Positions 54,001 through 60,000 of a stretch of DNA of 64,000 nucleotides are shown here, in pieces. Source of the stretch: Veleropilina oligotropha (lineage: Eukaryota). The stretch covers positions 62,001 to 126,000 of the forward strand of contig JBEUKZ010000014.1 in NCBI GenBank assembly GCA_048128005.1, written 5' to 3'. How positions within the stretch are numbered: the stretch's first letter is position 1; every line of letters starts with the position of its first letter. The position numbers and the translations under genes are program-made. Under the pieces are notes generated by a model. That model saw only the letters and a list, made by a program, of their open reading frames with translations. It was not told the origin of the DNA and did not search any database.

Positions 54001-57000
54001 TGGTTTTGAGTTGATTCTTTCAACTGAATTTCCAAATATCTTGCATATTTTGTTAGATTTGTTGAAAGCTCTAATACTGCTTGGTACATTGATCCCCACA
54101 TCTTGCCAGACATCCATGGTTGCTGCAGCAATAGTTCCATATTATCGGCATGAATCAATAAATGGTCCCTGTCAACTGGTTTAGTATGATGTCTGTGCGA
54201 GCTTGGATTGTTGAATCCCAAAAACTGTGAAAATATTTTAGGAAAATGATTATTTCTTTGTGTCATTGACTTGACATATGGATCCATATACCAAATGGCG
54301 TCGGTTACATCTTTGACAAACCTTGTTCCCTCTTTATCAACGCTAGTTTTGCTAAAACCAAGTCCACAGTCACCTAGCAGTTCAACAAATTTGTTGTAAA
54401 GCTCGTGTTTTCTATTTTCATGTGATATTTGAAGTTTCTTTGGGAGAACTTTTTCTTTTTGTGAATGTAGCAGAATTTGAAATGCGTTTACTGACGGACT
54501 AGGAGCGGGAACTGAGTTTAGGGTGGAGTCCGAATCAATAGTAGTATTGGGAACTTTCTCAATTAAGTCATATCGTACATATCTACCAAATGTTTCCGCT
54601 GCTTCCGTTACAAGAGCGTTCATAAATAACCGGTCTCCGTCCGTTTTATTTTTTCCGATAAAACACGTCGTTGATGCGTCGATCAAATTATCGGGGAGAC
54701 CTGACCACGAGTCGTCCGCATCGGCCGTTTTGGACACTACGTCATTATATAAGTCAAGCACCGTCGTGCCTTCCGTAACAGGAACAATACACCAAGGTTT
54801 CAAGCGCACGCTCCCGTTCGTTACTGTTACAGACACCAACATCTTGTCGTCTGCACAATACTCCGCTTGTCTGTCAATGTCTCGAACAAAAGGATTTGTG
54901 TCAAATGAAAGCATGTACGGAAACAGCCGAAGTTTACAAGGGAGACAATTTATTCCGTCGTTTGTTTCAAGGGAGATAACCCAACAATGATTTCATTATA
55001 AGAATGATCGTTTTCGATTAAAATATCAGTAAAACTAGTATTTGACAAAAAACTTGCATTTGTAATGTGTAAAATTGATTAACCCCTTGGGCCTATGAGA
55101 AATTTGCACAGATAAACCTTTTTATATGCGAAATCCGACTGTAGGGATATACCGGTCCGAGACATTCTGGCTTTATCGCGACAGGAAAGGGCAAGTGAAG
55201 TCGCTATTTATAGTGTAATGTATAGCAGTAATTTTTAAACGATAACAATGGAAATAACAAATGATATAAAACATATAATTTTTATTCGTATTATAAACAA
55301 TATTACATTATGCAATGCAAAGTATACAGTCAACATGAGTTTTACATCCAATCGTACAAAGATATATTAAAATATTATCATCAGACGAAATTTTTATTTT
55401 TTCATATTCAATAAAAAGCAAATGCGCGACCGACTTTTGACTGACGCGCCGGGGCCCGAGAAACTATTTATTTTTTTTTGTTGGCCTAACAACATACTAC
55501 AATTTTTGTTTGTTTACATGCTTCCATCTGTAGATATTATTGCTATTATAAAATATCACTATTTTTGCTTGAAAACATTTAGATGAGCTGGCTGGTGTAA
55601 TGAGCATTCACAATATTTGCATGGAAAACTTTCATGAGTTGCATTCCCAATCATTATTCTTTTCAGTTCACTGATCTGAATGTGCCGATATCGGATGAGT
55701 TTGCTGCCAAGTACAAGGAGAGGGAGTTGGTAGGCAGTTATGGAATATCTTTATCTCATATCCTGTCATTGTGTAAATTAACTAGAGTGAATATATTTGT
55801 CGCCATGTCCTATTTTCAAATTAACTGTAACAGTCATGGTTACCTTGATAGTGCAGTTGAAAAAAATGTCAATGAACGTTTTCTAACGAGAATATGGCTT
55901 CAGATACAAAATACGAAGATGAAGACTGTTGGGCTGATTAAATGCTTTGTTTCAGGCTGAAAGAGTGGAGAAAGAAAAGATGAAGCAGGTCGTCCTGGGC
56001 ATCCATGAACGACAGGAGGAGGAGGAGCATCAAGGTGAGTGGGCAGAGATACCAGGAAATGGCAGGTATAGGGGAGTATCAAGGTGAGTGGGCAGAGACA
56101 TATGGGAACGGAGCGTGTATAGGGGAGGAGCATCAAGGTGAGTGGGCGGATACACCAGGGCAAGGGGCAGGTATAGGGGAGGAGCATCAAGGTGAGTGGG
56201 CGGAGACATATGGGAACGGAGCGTGTATAGGGGAGGAGCATCAAGGTGAGTGGGCGGATACACCAGGGAAAGGTATAGGGGAGGAGCATCAAGGTGAGTG
56301 GGTGGAGACACATGGGAACGGAGCGTGTATAGGGGAGGAGCATCAAGGGGAGTGGGCGGAGATACCAGGAACTGAGCAGGTATATGGGAGGAGCATCAAG
56401 GGGAGTGGGTGGAGACACACGGAAAAGGGGAGGAGCTTTAAAGAGAGTGACCGATGACACACGGTAAATGGGCAGGTATAAGGGGAGGAGAAAGATGTTG
56501 ATGCTTGGCTCTCACAGAAAAGGAGCTGATATAAGGAGAAAGGGAGGAGCATCAAGGCGGAGACACAAGGGAAAGGAAACTTTAAGGGGAACAGCTTAAA
56601 GTGAGTAGGAGGGAGGAGGAACACACAAAGAGGTTGGCATAGGGGAAAAAGTAGGCATTGCCATGGAAATGGGTGTGTGTGAGGGAGAATGGTAACGTTG
56701 AAGCTTAACATGATTTATGAATTAACATTTATAGTGTATATTTCCCTCAAATATATGCTGGGACACACATTTTATATTGTAAAAGATAATGGAATACAGA
56801 CAGATGGTTATAATGTGCATAAATAAGGATGCATGGATGAACCCAAGTCGATTGACAATGCACATTGGAAACCATATCGTTTAGCTCCGAAGACATGATA
56901 AAGGTACCAGCGAAGTATATTGACTGCACTCATATAACAAATTAAACATGCAGGCTGGGGATTATTTACATTTATCAGGATAAGTGAAATGTAGTAACCA

Positions 57001-60000
57001 TCTTTCGTTGCTTCCACTGTATTGCTTAATGAATACATATATTCTACTTTACAGAGTACATGGCAGGAATGAATCGACAGCTGCTGGTCAACAGTAATCG
57101 CGAACGCCGAGTCCGTTACCAGCATCCAAAAGGTGCGCCAGATGCGGACGTCATCTTTGGAGGGAAGTGAGTTTTTCTTGTGTGCAGGGGAAACTGAAAA
57201 TACATTAATTTCAATGCTGGATAGGTGTTAGGTATTGAAAGTTCAATGCGTACAATCATATGGTTGTTTTGTCGATCAGTGCTGTTATTGAAATATATCG
57301 GTTCATCTTTTTATTAAAACTCCAGTGTCTCCATCTGGTGTCACGTTATGCGGGAGGCGGACGTCGGAGAACACACGTGCTGCGGGTTGCCAAGATCTAT
57401 TTATCTTTTATCGCTTTCTTAATGGCATTTCTGATTGTCTAGGAGACGCCTTGTCCCTCTCATAACAACTGATATTCAACAATACACGACAGCCTCGTTA
57501 CAACGCGCCTCGGTATAGCGCGGAATCGGTTTATAACGCGGGGCTAACCATGGCTCCCAAAATGTTTTCTTTATTTTTTAAATTATCCTAAACTGAACTT
57601 GCATCGAGGTAATTAGATTACAATGTGGATTTTCCTAAGTAGTTTTGGGGTCGTCAATAGAAATTGTATCTAACACAGATGCAAAAGCCAAATGTATATT
57701 ACTTGTTGAAGATTCAATAAAATTATTATATATATATCTCGCAGTCCAATTAATTTAAATGAATCCCGAAGTCATTCCTTCACGGTATTGAACAGTGGAT
57801 GCATTGTCAATTGAATTGTTTTATTTCATTTGCAAATTCGACACTACAGTGAATTCGAAGTCCCACCCTTTGAATTTAATATGAGTAACAATTAAGCTTA
57901 AATACCTTTTGTGTTCTTTATTCAAATCTCAACAGTAACAATAGCCGCAAATGTAATCAGCATTATACAAATCAAAATTATCGCGTCCGCCATTTTACAA
58001 CTTTCTCGCGATGCGCGCAAAATTAATAAAAGTAGTGCTGGGTTTTTTTTATTCTTAGCTATAGATTACAGTATTTTATATACAAATGACAAATTTGGTC
58101 TCGAGATTTTAATTTTAAAACGCCTCTTAAATTTGATTCGTTATTTTAGCATGTAACAAGCTAGACAGGTGCAGGGTCATGTGTCTGTAGTGCTTGAAGC
58201 CAAACTTTCACTCTGCCCAATTATAACTTTGGCCTGCCCTGTCTCGTTTTCGAATTTCTATTAGCAAAAATCAGCACAAAATCAGCACAGATAGTCAAAT
58301 AGCAGAACTTTTAAAACCGTTTGCGCGGAACAACATGCGAGTTCTAACACATCGCTTGTATTGGGAAGAGAAAACTAGGCTTGTTGAAGTTAATACCGTG
58401 GAAAGTTGGGCACGGTCGAAGTGGGCAGTACCCAAGTTAACTTTGGAATTGCCCAAGTTAGAAGTTCGGCTGCAAAAGCGCCATCTACATTGATCTCTAG
58501 AATCAAAAGTTACTTTCAATCGGCTTTGTCGCGCTGAATACAGGACAGGAGAAATAAATTACACCAGGTATTGAAAACAATTGACAGTCAATGCGATCAT
58601 GAATGTAATCACAAGGCGTTAAAGAAAGTGGAACAATTAGCCAGACTCAATAGCTATAGGAATCGACCAGCGATGCATGACAATGGCAAAGAGCTAATTA
58701 GACACGTGCCGCTTGTCGGGGATTTTACCAAATGGAAAATAAATAGGCCTACAAGTGCGTATATTTATATGAGATAATTTATTAACAACATATATCAGAT
58801 ACTTATTTATGAACATACATTTGTATTGTATTTACTAAACAATGGTTATCAATTAACTCTGATGGTACTATTAATTTATTGCGATGCATCGTCGTAAATT
58901 TTGTATACAACTTTCTTATAATGCGGACAGGTACAATGCGGTCCCGATATTTTGGACCCCAAAGACCACGTTATATCGAGGCTGTAGTGTATATGTTTGA
59001 TGTAGAAATGTTGGTCTAAGAATAATTTTGCACTAGACTGCTGGTTTGACCATAATAATAATAATAATAATAATTAAAGCTGCGAGCAGCTGTGAGGGCT
59101 TCAATCAGATAAACGAAATAAAAAAAGACGTAAAATACAAAAAAATATAAAAGTTTAATTTAAAAAAAAAATAAAAATTACAAAAAAATACTAAATTTAC
59201 AAAAATATTTTTTTTATTTTAAGATATACATATGGCCACTCTGAATCGAATGCCGCCAATCTTAGATTTCTACGTCGTATAATCTATAATAATGAATGCG
59301 CAACTGGACTGACCAACAGAATATCAATGTTTTCACCATATATTAACAGTTACTGAATCATGTAGCCTTCTGTTGGCTAAATGTTTACTTAAGCCTGATA
59401 GCAGAACTTCTCATGGGCCTTGCTGTCCACTGGACAGGGTTGCCGCGCGGCTTTATGACACCTCAAAGAGACAGGCTCATAAACTGCCTACTTCATCTGA
59501 TAAGGCAATTAGCACTGAGCTGGTCGCGCCGAAATGAGACGAGGAATTAAAATAGTATTTTTTAAACAATGAAAGTACTTATTGTATTCTTGTCACAATT
59601 CTCTAATATAACGATCTTTATATAGTATATTTTATGCAAAAATCTGGAAGAAAAAGGACTTTTAGAGGCGCTATGAAGCAATATTCATCTAAAAAAACTA
59701 AGTCTAATAACTCTCAAGCAACTCATTTTAGCGATGTATTCTATAGATATTACATTATATATTTTGATACGAATAAAATGAATTGCGTCACGTTTCATAT
59801 AAATGAAAATTAAAGAAGTTACAGTCAATTTAATTTTGAAATTTAATGTCTTCATAACTCCTTTTTAATTTGTCTCACAAAGTATTCCATTAGAACAACA
59901 TATACCGATATTATGCTTTGTCAAAACTACCAAGTGTCGATAAGATCACGCTACTCAGTTCTGAGAAAAGCGAATTTTAATGTTTTCAAAAAATCAAAGA

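Larger units (their letters stand above)
49625..55486 (-). mobile_element. Autonomous-type Zator superfamily DNA transposon
   Basis: 29-bp TIRs GGCCAACAAAAAAAAAT(G/A)AATAGTTTCTC, 3-bp TAA duplication on both sides, DDE transposase with DDK / DHDF / DGGPD / N..ER.M motifs. Confidence 0.85.

Noticed and set aside
54523..54990. 155-aa plus-strand ORF
   Set aside because: Antisense shadow of transposase exon 1.
55900..56711. Repetitive ORFs on both strands (GEEHQGEW / LTLMLLPYT)
   Set aside because: Translations of the intronic minisatellite; not in the UPF2 exon frame.
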